From assembly GCA_021613535.1 (NCBI GenBank), contig CP075497.1, positions 7,192,001-7,256,000 of the forward strand: 64,000 nucleotides of DNA, given 5' to 3'. Below the pieces are notes generated by a model, which saw nothing but the letters and a program-made list of their open reading frames with translations, was not told the origin of the DNA and ran no database searches. The DNA is from Adineta vaga (lineage: Eukaryota; Animalia; Rotifera). How positions within the stretch are numbered: the first letter of the stretch is position 1; each line of letters begins with the position of its first letter. The position numbers and the translations under genes were made by a program. Shown one piece after another: positions 51,416 through 64,000 of the stretch.

Positions 51416-54400
51416 ATGAAGAAGCTGGAGAGTAAAATGTTTGGCGATGTTTGTTGTTGGTTTAAAACGTTTGTTTTTGTCACTGTTTTTATTCTGGTTA
51501 CGGCTATTGCTGTTTTTCCATTTTTTATCTGTAGGATTTTTAAAAAAAGGAAAACTATCCATTAATTAATTCCATTCGTACATTTATTTTATTTAGACAA
51601 TTTGACAAGTACGCTAACGAAAGTATCTAATCAATCATATCATCGACTACCAACTAGTGTTACACCCACGAATTATCGCTTATATGTTGATGCAAGTCAA
51701 TTGGAAGAATTTCTTTTTCATGGAACTGTTGATATTGATGTTCAAGTAAAAAATCTTATTTAAAAAAATTGAAATTTTATGAAAACAATTTTTAGATAAA
51801 TGAATATGTTGATGAAATTATTTTAAATAGTGTCAATTTAAATATTATAAAAATTCAGTTTCGACAGAATAATTTCGATTTTGAACCTTATGGAACAGTT
51901 ATATATAGACATGAATATGAACAAATCATTATCAAATTTAATCAACCATTAAATGTAATTTTTCAAAGATTTTCTTTTCTAAACTTCTGTTTTATTTATC
52001 TAGCTTGGTTACGGTCGTTTATCATTAACATTTAATGGAACAATAAATGATCAACTTCATGGATTTTATCGAACTAAAGATCATAATCATATTGGTGCAT
52101 GTACTCAATTTGAAGTAAGAAACATAAATCTTTATTTCATTTCTTTTTTGATACAGATATTCTATTAGCCTGGCTATGCTCGTCGAGCATTTCCTTGTTT
52201 CGATGAACCATTATTTAAAGCTAATTTTTCCATTACTATTCGTGCCCCTAAACAACTAACAACATTAAGTAATATGGTATAGATGATATATCTCTTTTTT
52301 TTCGCGATAGAAAAGCAATCTGTTTGATTTCTTCTAGCCAGTTAAATCACAACGAGATGGTGGAAATCGGACATATATCTATGAATTTGATTCTACGCCA
52401 GTCATGTCAACATATTTGGTTGCTTATGTTATTGGACATTATGATTATGTTGAAACAAGAGATTCAAATAATGTACTTATTCGTGTTTATACTCCAATTG
52501 GAAAAAAAGAACAAGGATTATTCGCTTTAAAAGTTAGTTTGTTTTCTAATATAAATCGATTTAAACATAAAAAGAATATTTTTAGACTGCGGCAAAGATG
52601 CTTCCATTCTATACCGATTATTTCGGTATTAAATATCCATTAAGTAAATTAGATATGATTGCCATTGCAGATTTTGGTTCTGGTGAATGTTATTTTTTGT
52701 CTCTATCTGTTTTAATGCTTGATTTTTCTTTTAGGAGCAATGGAAAATTGGGGGTAAGTCTCATTTGTTGAAAACAAAGTATCTCTAATCAGATGATGGT
52801 TTATGAATTAAATAGATTAGTTACTTATCGTGAAACGTATCTTCTTGTTGATGTACATACATCAACACAAAAAACGAAACAAGAAGTAGCATTAGTCGTT
52901 GCACATGAATTAGCACATCAATGGTTCGGAAATTTAGTTGTAAGTTAAACTTACTTGAATCTATCATCTTTTTTTTTTATATCATAATGATTTCTCTAGA
53001 CGATGGAATGGTGGAATGATTTATGGCTTAATGAAGATAAGTATTCAAAGGATCGAAATATGTTCTAATTTTTTTTTCTTTTGATTTTGTTTTCTACGTT
53101 TTGCATCATGGATTGAATTTCTTGCCGTTGATCATGTTTATCCAGAATATGACATTTGGACACAATTTGTTTCGGATACATTAGCAACATGTATGATTCC
53201 TGATGCTTTACAAAATAGTCATCCAATTGAAGTACCAATACAAAAGCCAACTGAAATCGATGAAATTTTCGATGATATTACATACTCAAAAGGTCTTTTT
53301 CAAGCTTTCATTCTTTTAAAATCGTTCTGTATTTTAGGTTCAAGTGTAATTCGATTACTTCATGCATATATTGGTAATCAGGCATTTCGAAGTGGTCTTT
53401 CGAATTATTTAGCTGAATATGCATATCGAAATACAAATACAGAAAAGCTTTGGTTTCATTTATCAAAAGCATCGAATCAGTCTCATCTATCTGATGTTCT
53501 TTCAACATGGACAAAACAAATGGGTTTTCCTCTTCTTACAGTATGATTTTCTTTGAAAATAGAGATACAATTTAATTTTTCAATATAGGTAAAACAAGAA
53601 CAGAAAGGCAATGATCGATTATTGACTATCGAACAAACGAGATTTTTAGCAGATGGATCACGAGATGATAATTTACGATGGAAAATACCCATTAGTGTCA
53701 GTACGAAAGCAAAGCCGAATGAAATTGTTCATCAACTATATCTAAACGGAGAGAAAAAACGAACATTTCTACTAAAAGATATACCAGAAAATGATTGGAT
53801 TAAATTAAATCTGTTTAGGTAAATTTCCTTTTTTCATTCAACGAAACAAATATTATTCAATCATCATTCTTTAGTGTTGGAATATATCGTGTTCATTATT
53901 CATCATCAATGCTTCAAGCATTAACACCAGCTATTGAAGATCATACACTTTCACCGCAAGATCGTTTCAATATTCAAACTGATGTCTACGCATTAGCACG
54001 TGCTGGTCACATGGGTTATGTTGATTATTTGAAATTACTTCGTCATGCTTATAAACATGAAGATAATCATACGGTTTGGAAATCAATTCTACGGCAATTA
54101 ACTGAACTTAGCTCAATATTTGAATATGCACAATTTAACAGTACAAAACTACTTTATCATTCATATGTATGTGATCTTTTAACGAATATCTATGACAAAT
54201 TAGGATGGGATCCATTGTCAAATGAAGACACACAAATACCTATGTTACGTAGTTTAATCTTAACACATACAGGTGTTCACGGATATGAAAAAACACGTAT
54301 TGAAGCACACAAACGTTTTGAAAGATTTTCTATTGAAAATCAAGATCATTATCGAATTAATCCAAATATTCGTGCCGCTATTTATTTAACTGTTGCAAAA

Positions 54401-55210
54401 ACAGGAAATCTACAAACATTCAATCGATTAAAAGCGGTAATTATACTAACAATTGTCATTTTCAAAAGCATACATAGAGAAAATCGAACTTTTTTGTAAA
54501 TTTACTCATTGTCTTATGATTATGCAAATATTGTTAACACATAACAGTGCTTCTATTTAAAGATGTCATTGCATATCTTAACAGAAAATTTGTATTTTTT
54601 CTAGTTATATCTGCAAGCTGATACCCAAGAAGAACGTATTCGATTACTCACTGCTCTTTGCCGTTTTGATGATGAAACTTTGCAAGATCAAGCAATTCAT
54701 TTTGTTTGGAATACTGTAAATATCTTTTGGTATATATTCATAAACTAAAGACAATGATTTCTGTTAAGGCTGAAGTTCGAAAACAGGATCATTTAACTGG
54801 TTTTGCATCATTAGCTGCACATAATCGACGTGGATGTGAATTATGTTGGACATATATGCAAAAGAATTGGAAACAAATTGAAATGATCTATGGTGAACAT
54901 GATACACATTTACTTCATTTTATTGAAGTAAGAAAAAACTTTTATATTCTTGTTTTTCATGTCTTCAATTGATCTTTTAAGACGATACCAGCATTATTTG
55001 TTAGTAAAGAACGAGCCGAAGAAGTTCGAGTAAGATAAATTCGTAAAGATTTAGAAATTCTTTTTCGATTTTTCAATTTAGAAATTTGCTATTGATCATC
55101 CGAATCCATTTTTGGAACGTTCGATTAAAAAAGTTCTTGAACAAATCAATATTCGACGTCATGTACTAGAACGACATGAACTTAGCATAAATCAATTTCT
55201 AAGTGTTTAA
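51416..55210 (+). CDS. M1 zinc aminopeptidase, puromycin-sensitive aminopeptidase-like, with N-terminal hydrophobic anchor
   Basis: About 17 exons; [74 protein letters not shown]...[19 protein letters not shown]. Confidence 0.93.
53037..53097 (+). other. AT-AC intron (61 nt)
   Basis: Only removal of ATAAGT...TTCTAC restores the conserved LWLNE-G-FASWIE; no AG is present in the acceptor region. Confidence 0.9.
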
Positions 55211-55450
55211 TATAACGATCAAGAAAATTTTTCAAAAACAAACTCGTGTTTTCTTTTTTCTATGTTTTATCTTTTCAACCAAACAAATAAATTCTCGATT
55301 GAAATCCTCATGCATATTATGTATGTACAAATATATGTATTTATTTATATATCATAGCCGTCGAACAGCAACAAAATATTGAGTTTCTTTTTTTTAAAAA
55401 AGTACTGAGAAGAAAAAAATACAGTGCTATTTGAACATACAGAAGAAAAA

Positions 55451-58400
55451 TCAAATGCTGCTATTGAAATTTTCAACATCTGATAATAGTCGTGTTGGTT
55501 TCTTTCGGAAAACATTAAAAAATTTCGTGAAGACATTTTTTGAACTTCGATTATAAAGTGGTGAACTTTTTCGTGATGATGGATTAGCTAAAATAGGTGT
55601 ATCAGAATCATTCGTATCAATACTTCCATTTGTTATGGTTAAACGACGTTTTAATTCATTACGAATTTGTTCATTTATACGAATTTGTTTCAATGTGCCA
55701 GCTAATAAATCATCGACTTTATCATTAATTGCGGCAGATGTTTCCACAAATTTACAATTGTATTTGAATGCAGCATTCCGTGCAGCTAAAAGTCAATGAA
55801 CTCATAGTTTCGTTTATCGTTAATAAAAAATTGAAAACTTACTTTCTTTTGTTACTGAACGTTTTCGTACAAGATCAGATTTATTTCCTACTAATACAAT
55901 TGGCATGGGTCGTTTGATTGGTGATGGATGATAAATTAATTCATTATCACGAAGATTTTTTATCAATTGTATCGCTGTTTGAAATGATTGACGATCAGTT
56001 ATTGAATAAACAACAATATAAGCATCACTTGTTACACTAGATTTGATCTAAATAGAAAATGCTATAAAGTCTAAATCAATTGAAAGTGAATTGTCTCAAA
56101 CATACTTGATCAACATCAATCGTTGTAATATGTAAACGAGATTCGACACCATCGAGCATAATTGGAACAGTATTATCCGGATCATCATCTGCAAAAAATT
56201 CCAAAATAAGCTTGCTGAAGGTTATACATTATCGATCTTGATGGTATTCTTTCTATTTACTTATTAGCGTTCTTTTCTCTATATTTAGATATGTTAATAA
56301 TCTAATCATATGGCATAGGAAAGATCATTAGTCTTCTGATTATTGATGTTTATTTATTGAAGGTTATTTCAACGGAAAATTATCGCTTTCTTTCTTTCTT
56401 TCTTTCTACTAAAAATGATTGTATTCTGGTACAAAGTTTTTGTTTTGTTTAATTAGTTGAAATACAAAAGTTTCTTTTGTACTCTAAAAGCACATTGTTT
56501 TGGTTGTATTTCCTATTTTCTCGTTAAAATAACATATACGAAGTTCCGGTGATTTTTTCATTAAAAACACGATCGATAGAGAACTCCTTTTTTCATAAAT
56601 CTCTCATATATACGTCATTACCATTAGCCATTAATGATCATTTCCTTTTATTGTTTTCTTGACTTACCGAGCGAACTTGAATAATCATATATTCCTCGAT
56701 ATTCTGTTGTTTTAAATTGTCTCATCAATGAACATTTGCCTGTTCCACTCATACCAAGAAGATAAACTTGATAGACATGAACATCTTGTACTCGACCATC
56801 TTCAGTTTGAATTCGTTCAACAAGAGGATTATCATCATCGTCTTCATCATTTTCATTTTGATCGGATAAAGGAACAGTTAATTGCACAGGATTATTCTCA
56901 ATAAAATGACTGTCAAGAATTCCATTAAGATTGAATCCAGAAGAATTTATTAGAGAATGTGTACTTGTTCGTATTTCTTTCACTGACGTAGGAGAATGAT
57001 TAATATCATGTTCGGGAGATGATGTACGATCAGTTGTTGTTAGATTTGTATTGATTCGAAATGAACTACGACGACTTGTTGAACCACTACGTTTTATTGA
57101 ACGTTTAAATGAATCGCTAATAAACATCGATATGAAATAGTAAATTTAATAGAAAGATATTTTTGCTTACCCGCGATTAACAAAACCTTTGGATGTCGTA
57201 TGAAATTGTCTTACAAGATAAATTTGTTGATCACCGTCAGTTGGTAGTTGTAATTGATCAACTGTTAATGAACCTATGAAGGAGAAAGATACTATTAGAT
57301 ATCTTTTGATATTACACAAATCAAATCGATTCTATTCGAGATAATAATTTTTGATTAATTCAGATAACATTCAATGTAAATGATGATGTAAGAAAAATTT
57401 CATTTATCTTACCAAGTCTTTCTGATCTTTGTGTATTTTGATTTGACCATTGATCTTGGGACTCCTCTGTTGATGCCATTAGATCAGTTGCTGAAATTCT
57501 CCCTGTTGTGCCCGTAATTGACTTGCGAGAAGAATCAGAAGTGCCCGTATGAGAAGCATAATTGAGTTGTGGTACTACCGCTGTACTATATTTACGTGCA
57601 GAAAAATCTTGCTGTTGCTGTTGCTGTTGCTGCTGCTGTTTTTGTTGTTCTTTTTCTTTCTTTTGTCGATACTTTTTGATCGATTGTGGGCGTTTATAGG
57701 AACATGATCGTGCCAATGGTTCTAGTGTTTCATTTTGACTATTGGAAGCTTGAAGAAATGTTTGAGCAGTATGTGTTAGAGAGAAATTTTTACGCTTTGT
57801 TCGTGCTGACGGAGGATTATTTAGTTGAATAGTTTTAGGAGGTGATGAGGAAATTGATGATCGATGATTTGTATCAGATGGAATAGTGGATGTATGTTTT
57901 TGTTTGAATGAAGGCGACGATGAAAGTAATGGTTGAGATTTTGCATGAACATGTGTTGGAGTTTCAGGAGATAATAAAGGTGGAGCAGTTGCTGGTGAAC
58001 ATGAACTGTAACAACGAGGATGTGATGGTGCTGCATTGGAACGTGCAAATAATGCATCAAAATGATCCGTTTCTGTATTGATTTGTTCTTTTCCATTGAC
58101 GTCTCCAGCATCGATTGGACCCCAATGAATTATAGGTCGAGCACTATTTGGTGATAACATCATGCCTGATGTTGTATCATTTGATCGAATTCCACATTCC
58201 AATTCATTTTCTTCATTGACATCCGCTATATCATCAAAATGTGGTTCATACATTCTACATAAGAGACAACAAAGAGAAACGGAAATTAATTTTATAACAC
58301 GAAATAACAATTTAGATTCTACGTATATCTTTTAATCAATCAATAATCTTTTGTTCCTAAATATTAAGTACAACCTATTTTTGCGCATATTTTTTCCATT

Positions 58401-59001
58401 CTAGTACAATGACCTAATCGGTAAATTACGTAGGTATCTATACTAAATTGCTCTACACTATATAATTACAGAAATCTTCATCGCTTTGTGAACTAACTTT
58501 TCCTATTGATTAGTTATATTTTGATTCAAACAGATAATTTCTTTTTCTCATTAAACCTACATTCTTTTTATATCATGCAAGAATTATATACCTGAATAAC
58601 TAAGAAGCCGAACGAGATAAGAAAGAAAAAATTAGAATTACTATCTCAGACACCACAAGGTAAAAACAATTTATAAGATATTACTCAGGAAACTATTGTG
58701 TTTAAAGGGGAATAAAATAATTAATGTCTCATGACGAATACAATTAGCTATGGAAGGAAGATTCTTAAAAAAGAACGTAGAAAAACAACAAAACCAAGAT
58801 TATCTTAATCTGGTATGTAATAGTAATGATTTACAAGTGAATGATGATTTTAATCTACTCAAATGACACCCTTCTTCTTTAACTAATCACTTATGCTTAT
58901 CAAAGACAAAACAATATTTACCCGTAAAATTGCACTCGTTTGACTGTAGTCGGTTGATGATGATGAGATAGGGAAACTCTTGGCATGCCTGCCGTTGTCA
59001 T
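55451..59001 (-). CDS. RGK-family (Rad/Gem/Rem-like) small GTPase with long N-terminal extension
   Basis: First exon MTTAGMPRV (59001-58922) splices in frame to G-MYEPHF. VRQFHTTSKGFVNRGDSF, LLGMSGTGKCSL, DAYIVVYSITDRQSF, VGNKSDLVRKR, FVETSAAINDKVDDLLAGTLKQIR. Confidence 0.88.
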
Positions 59002-62000
59002 TGTACAGATTTGCTCAAGTTACTCTTTGTATTTTCTCACTTACAAATACAAATATTGATCACACATCTGTCAGAAGACAAATGAACTATCCTCGTTTGA
59101 AAATGTATATCGGATAAAGAAACGTATATGTTACGTCGACATATATATATATATATATACCGTAAAAATAAAAAATGTAAGAGAACAATCTGTCGCGGTA
59201 TAAATTATATATATTTTTCTTCGAGAAATTTGTTTTCATCCGGCATGTGAAAAAAGAAAAAGAAGAAGAAGAAGAAGAAGGAAATAAAAGAAGCAAGAAG
59301 CTTAACAAACAAGAATAGATACAGAAAATTTTCAAATAAGAAAATAATTCTTAAGTTCAGGGACACTTAAGTAAAAAATTACAGACTGGAATAAAATAAA
59401 ATGTTTTTTGTTATGATCAATTATGTGCTTCAACTGAACTACAATTAGAAAACATCGAATTTTATGAATCATACTATCTAGCTTAATAACAAAAACAATC
59501 AGGAAATAAAACGATAGAAATCTTGGCTAAACAATTGATTATCTATTTTTTATCATCTATGAACATTCTTCTACGCGATGAGAATAGTTTTATTGCTTTT
59601 ATATCGATAGATATTGAGTAAATCATTCCTTTCAAATCTCTATTCTCATTGATGACATTTTTCCATGATTATAAGATGAAAACATAGATGATAATAACCT
59701 TATTAATTAGGGGGGAAAAATGAATAAAACAAATTTGTCTTCAGGTTAGATTATCTTTAGAAAAAGTAAAGAATAAATTCAAAATGAAGCAAGAATATTT
59801 ATTTTATATAAAATATTTTCTACGCAGTTTGAATACATGATAAATAATAGACGTAAAACTATTTTTATCATTTAATTCCATTGAAAACTAGAAGTCTATG
59901 TAAAATAGAAACTAATCTAAAGTACATGTAGATCATTTGTTAGAATAGAATAAGATAAAGATAGTTTAATAGATCAATAGTATTTGTATAGCACATGTTG
60001 TTTTTTTATTTCTGTCTACTTATTTAATTTCTCCGTTCATTTACGTTGATGAGAATATTTGATCGATTTTAATGTATAGAAAAAGAAGCTCGTGATGTAC
60101 TTCTGATAATTATCATTATATTATCAATAACAAAATTTGATTCTTTAGTAATCCTGTCGGCTAATGATTATTCCACATTTAACAAAATAAAGCATAGGTA
60201 ATATCGATTCAATAGGTCGCTTCCACTGAATTAACTATTCTGTCTGTCTATAATGTTGACATATAAATTCACCTTTGAACCGACGAAAAATTGTCATAAA
60301 AGATAGTGAACAATCGATAACAGGTCTCATCTACGTCAGCAATAGTAAAGAAGTTCATCTCCAATACTACCCAGTAAATTCTATAACGAAATATATAGAT
60401 GCTTTTTTCGGTTTTTTTTGTAACGACTAATAGTGAAAAGATTCTAGTCTTTAAATCTATTGATAAACGATAATACAAACACCTCCAACATACCACGTAT
60501 TTTCTGTATGTAGATATTAGGTATTAATTCTGGCTATTGTAGATGATATAATGAGAGCAAACCGCGTGCGAAGTATTAATGATTAGAATAGTACAGACAG
60601 ACGTGTTATTCCTACTCATAATAGAATATTCATTTAGACTCAATGTTCGCTTACCACTTTGTACTTAGACCCGTGGGAGTTCAGTTACGTCTGAGCGCGT
60701 GACAAATGGCAAGCTTGCATTCACAGAAATGCTTTAATGAGCATAAATTCATATTTATTATACTAAATAAACGTTCATCTCATATTACAGTACAATAAAA
60801 ACTCCCTTTCTTTCAATTACGAGAAACGGTTTTTTGTACTAATAGATGCAAAAGAAAAACAAGCTATTTATAATCGAAAGTTCTTTTTTTCACAGTTCGA
60901 TGCTATTCTCTGTATCATTTTTATCATGACATTCATAACAAAATCAGAAGTATGCTTTCCGAAATGAAATTACTATTAGCGAGATATTTCTCTCTTCCGA
61001 AGAGTGCATATCGATAGTTTGATAAACAAAAATAAGTAGGAAGATAACCTATGGGTTTTTCTTAGGAAAAATCTTTCTAGATAAAGAAAACCTACCGAGA
61101 ATATATTATTGAAAGAAGTACAAATGATACTGCAGAGCCATTATATAATTTCAATAGAATTCCTTGAGAGAAAAAGCTGACTTGCATTGCTAATGAACCT
61201 TTAGATGTTTCTTTCTTAAATATAATCTACATACAATTGATCAACTCCTTATTTTTATGACTAATACAATAGATTGTTTGATGCCTTGTTTAATACTCTT
61301 ATCTATGTGACAGAAAAACAAATTAATTAACTAGAGACATACATAATTCTATAAGTATATAGCCGACAGAAATACTCTTAGCTTTCTTTTGTTTTACATT
61401 CTTATTTAACAAAATTCTTTTATCAGATAAGTGTCCAGATATAGCTGGAGGATTGATCAGATAATATGTTCTTCTATAATTCTATTATTTTTCGAAGAAA
61501 ACAAAGACTGATGATCTGATTCGGAATATTTCTATTTATATCTATCAAAAGCATCTTATCTTTCATTGAAATCCTTCTAGAATTCCTTTTTAATAATCGA
61601 AAGATCTATTCAATACAAATAATAGAACGACATTCTATTCTATCTATTGCCTTGACAGCTTCGTTAATTTTCTTGATGGAAAACTACAGTGTTGTACTTA
61701 AAAGACATCAATATACATTTCATATTAATCAAGTCGAAAAAATGATCTTTCTATTTTGTTTTTTAACTTTAGTCCATAGTATATGAGGAAGAAAATAATC
61801 TCAAGAGATTATCTTTATTTTTCCCTCTTACATGTAATATGATCGATGTTCTCATAATAAATATAAACACATATGTTTAATTATTAGTGTGATCGAGATT
61901 TCTATTCTGAATGAAATCGAATAACGTCGAGATAGGATCGGATTAGCTTATTTCGTGATACTCCTGAGAATGTTTTATTATTGGAATGAAAAGAATTTCC

Positions 62001-63781
62001 AATAGATATATTTTAGTTTCTTTGTCTTCGCATTTCCAATTTATATCGTATAAAGATCGATGCGGATTATAACCAGATAAATAAGTTAAGTCAATTAACA
62101 ATATCTTTTTTTACTATGTAAAAGGAATTTTCTTTTTCTCTCTCTCTCTCTCAAATAATATTTTTGTCTGCTTATACTTATCCATATTGATAGTATATAC
62201 ATAGAGACATCCGTTGTAGAAGCGAAAGGAAAAGAAATCGATGACATAACTATGTGATTGCTAATTCTTTTTTTGATAAATTGTATTTTGAAGAAAAGAG
62301 AAAAGAAAAAACTTGTCGGATCATATTTAAAAATGAGTCAGTAAAAAAAAATGATGATGTCATTTCGTCACTCTGGGGAGTCTTCGTATATTTGTGATGA
62401 AATGATAAATGAAGATAGTTAATCCTAGTGTTTTGTTTCCATAATATCAGTTGATCTGTCAGCAAGAAGTCTTCATCACCTTTTCTATTTCTCTCCTAGA
62501 ATAACCTTGTGAGTTTATCGTAATTGTCGACAAAGAAGAATATTATCATTGATGAATACAAGGATAATCGTTATCGTTTCTGTTCGAACAAAAAAAAAGT
62601 CTAACCGAAGCCAGATGCTACCATATGTACTTATATACTTAGAAATAGATTGACAGAATAACGTTGGTCTCTCGAAAAAGAAATGCACTATTGATCATAC
62701 GAAATTAATGTTTGAATAATTCTTTTTTTCTTTCAGAAATATTTTAATAGAAAAATTAATTCAATGGTTTTCTTACTTGTCTATTTGTACCGGATGATTT
62801 TAATTAAATGATTCGAGGTTGTCGTTGTCTATTTGTATATGCTTCTGTTGGTAGTAGCGCGTGTGCTTAGTGCTACTAAGTTTTAACCTTTTGTCTTCCA
62901 GACGAGTAAGCAGAAGAGAGGCAGAGAGAATGGTTGGTATCGAGACGAGAAGAGGAAAAGAAGACGAGCAAAGAAAAACGAGAGAAAAAGCATGGAATAT
63001 ACATAAGAATAAGGAAAAAGAGAAGGAAAGCTGAAAAACGCAATTTGCTAACCGGCCATTGATTTTTTTCTTCTCTTCTATGCCATCTCTTCTTGTCGCT
63101 ATTCTATCCTACATTGGCCTCCTGCTTTCATTGTTGATAGAATTGTTCATTATCTTCTTCGATAGAATATCTCTACAGGAGTAAATTACTAGGAAAGATC
63201 GATCTAGAAATACCAAAAACAAGAAACCATACAGTCTTTCCTTTATAATTTAATGTGTATTTGGCTCCAACTTATATTGCTTCAAGCATATTTTTATTAT
63301 CGTTCTTCTTTATTTTCCCATTAAGCTTTTGTGATTACAACAATGAACAAACTATATCATGATATTTACACGAAAAAAAAACTGAATCCGTATCGAAAAA
63401 TCACATTGGCATGTTTAATGTTTTTTTTTAAGACCATTGTTTGGAAAAATCGATCAGAACAAAAACTAATAATGGGATTTGCTCTTTTTATCTACATTCT
63501 AGAAGAATAGAATTGTATAACATTCATTTATTCTCTTCGGAACTTAGGCGAAACAATGAACGTTCTATTTCTCATTGCTCAAACGATCAATCATCTGTGC
63601 TTATTTGTTACCATAGAAAAATCAGACGTGTAGGCAGAAAATGTTTGTTATCCATTTATGGCTCGTTACATCCAACAGCAGTAACAGCTGCTTGCCATAT
63701 GATTAAAATGTATCATTAAAATATGAAGACAATAGAAAGAAGAGTCATTTCGTTTGTTAATACGAAAGTTTTTATTGTTCT

Positions 63782-64000
63782 TTATAAAGTCGTGTGACTT
63801 CTGACAACATCGACATTGATTGGTAAATCTCTTGATGATACTGATGCTGTCTTTGATCGTGTTGCCTTCGAAGCTTCAACTGTCCATGGATCATAATGAA
63901 TAACAATTGCAGAACGAGCTCGTTCTTCATAAATATTTCTTATATGTTGACGAAATTTAGATGTAGGAATAACTGTATCAGGTGCAATGAGAAATGTTTG
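63782..64000 (-). CDS. 3' end of an unidentified gene, truncated by the window edge
   Basis: Open frame QTFLIAPDTVIPTSKFRQHIRNIYEERARSAIVIHYDPW...VVRSHTTL* with coding-like composition; terminal T-x-L could be a PDZ-binding motif. Confidence 0.6.
   Translation of the reverse strand, partial: QTFLIAPDTVIPTSKFRQHIRNIYEERARSAIVIHYDPWTVEASKATRSKTASVSSRDLPINVDVVRSHTTL

Noticed and set aside
59050-63750. 4.7 kb non-coding stretch with small ORFs
   Set aside because: ORFs are low-complexity artefacts; probably upstream or UTR-intron sequence of the RGK gene, with no supportable feature.

Overview
AT-rich, gene-dense eukaryotic DNA with many 45-65 nt spliceosomal introns. The style suggests a bdelloid rotifer (inference from intron size, an NR1J receptor, an intronless orphan GPCR and genes of non-animal type). 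About 21 protein-coding genes or gene segments were reconstructed by hand-splicing, in this order: fungal-type b5-fused delta-8 sphingolipid desaturase, probable SLF2/FAM178 protein, HSD17B10, neuropeptide precursor, GPCR, plant/protist-type GH35 beta-galactosidase, Bora, V-ATPase c, ankyrin-SOCS protein, RCAN, synaptophysin, NR1J receptor, GM2 activator, C-type lectin-EGF-TM module, STRA6-like protein, PKA-C, atypical kinase, FUBP/PSI, Q-rich orphan, PSA-like M1 aminopeptidase and RGK GTPase. There is also a partial gene at the right edge, one tRNA-Ala(TGC), and a cluster of MITE-like inverted-repeat elements at 43.6-45.4 kb. Highlights: (1) an AT-AC intron with U2-type signals inside the aminopeptidase zinc-binding region; (2) a possible lectin-EGF/STRA6 fusion receptor; (3) a kinase with a predicted signal peptide; (4) an unrecognised amidated neuropeptide gene beside a GPCR; (5) a candidate trans-spliced operon; (6) two horizontal-transfer candidates. 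All homology calls are from motif recognition; no searches were run.
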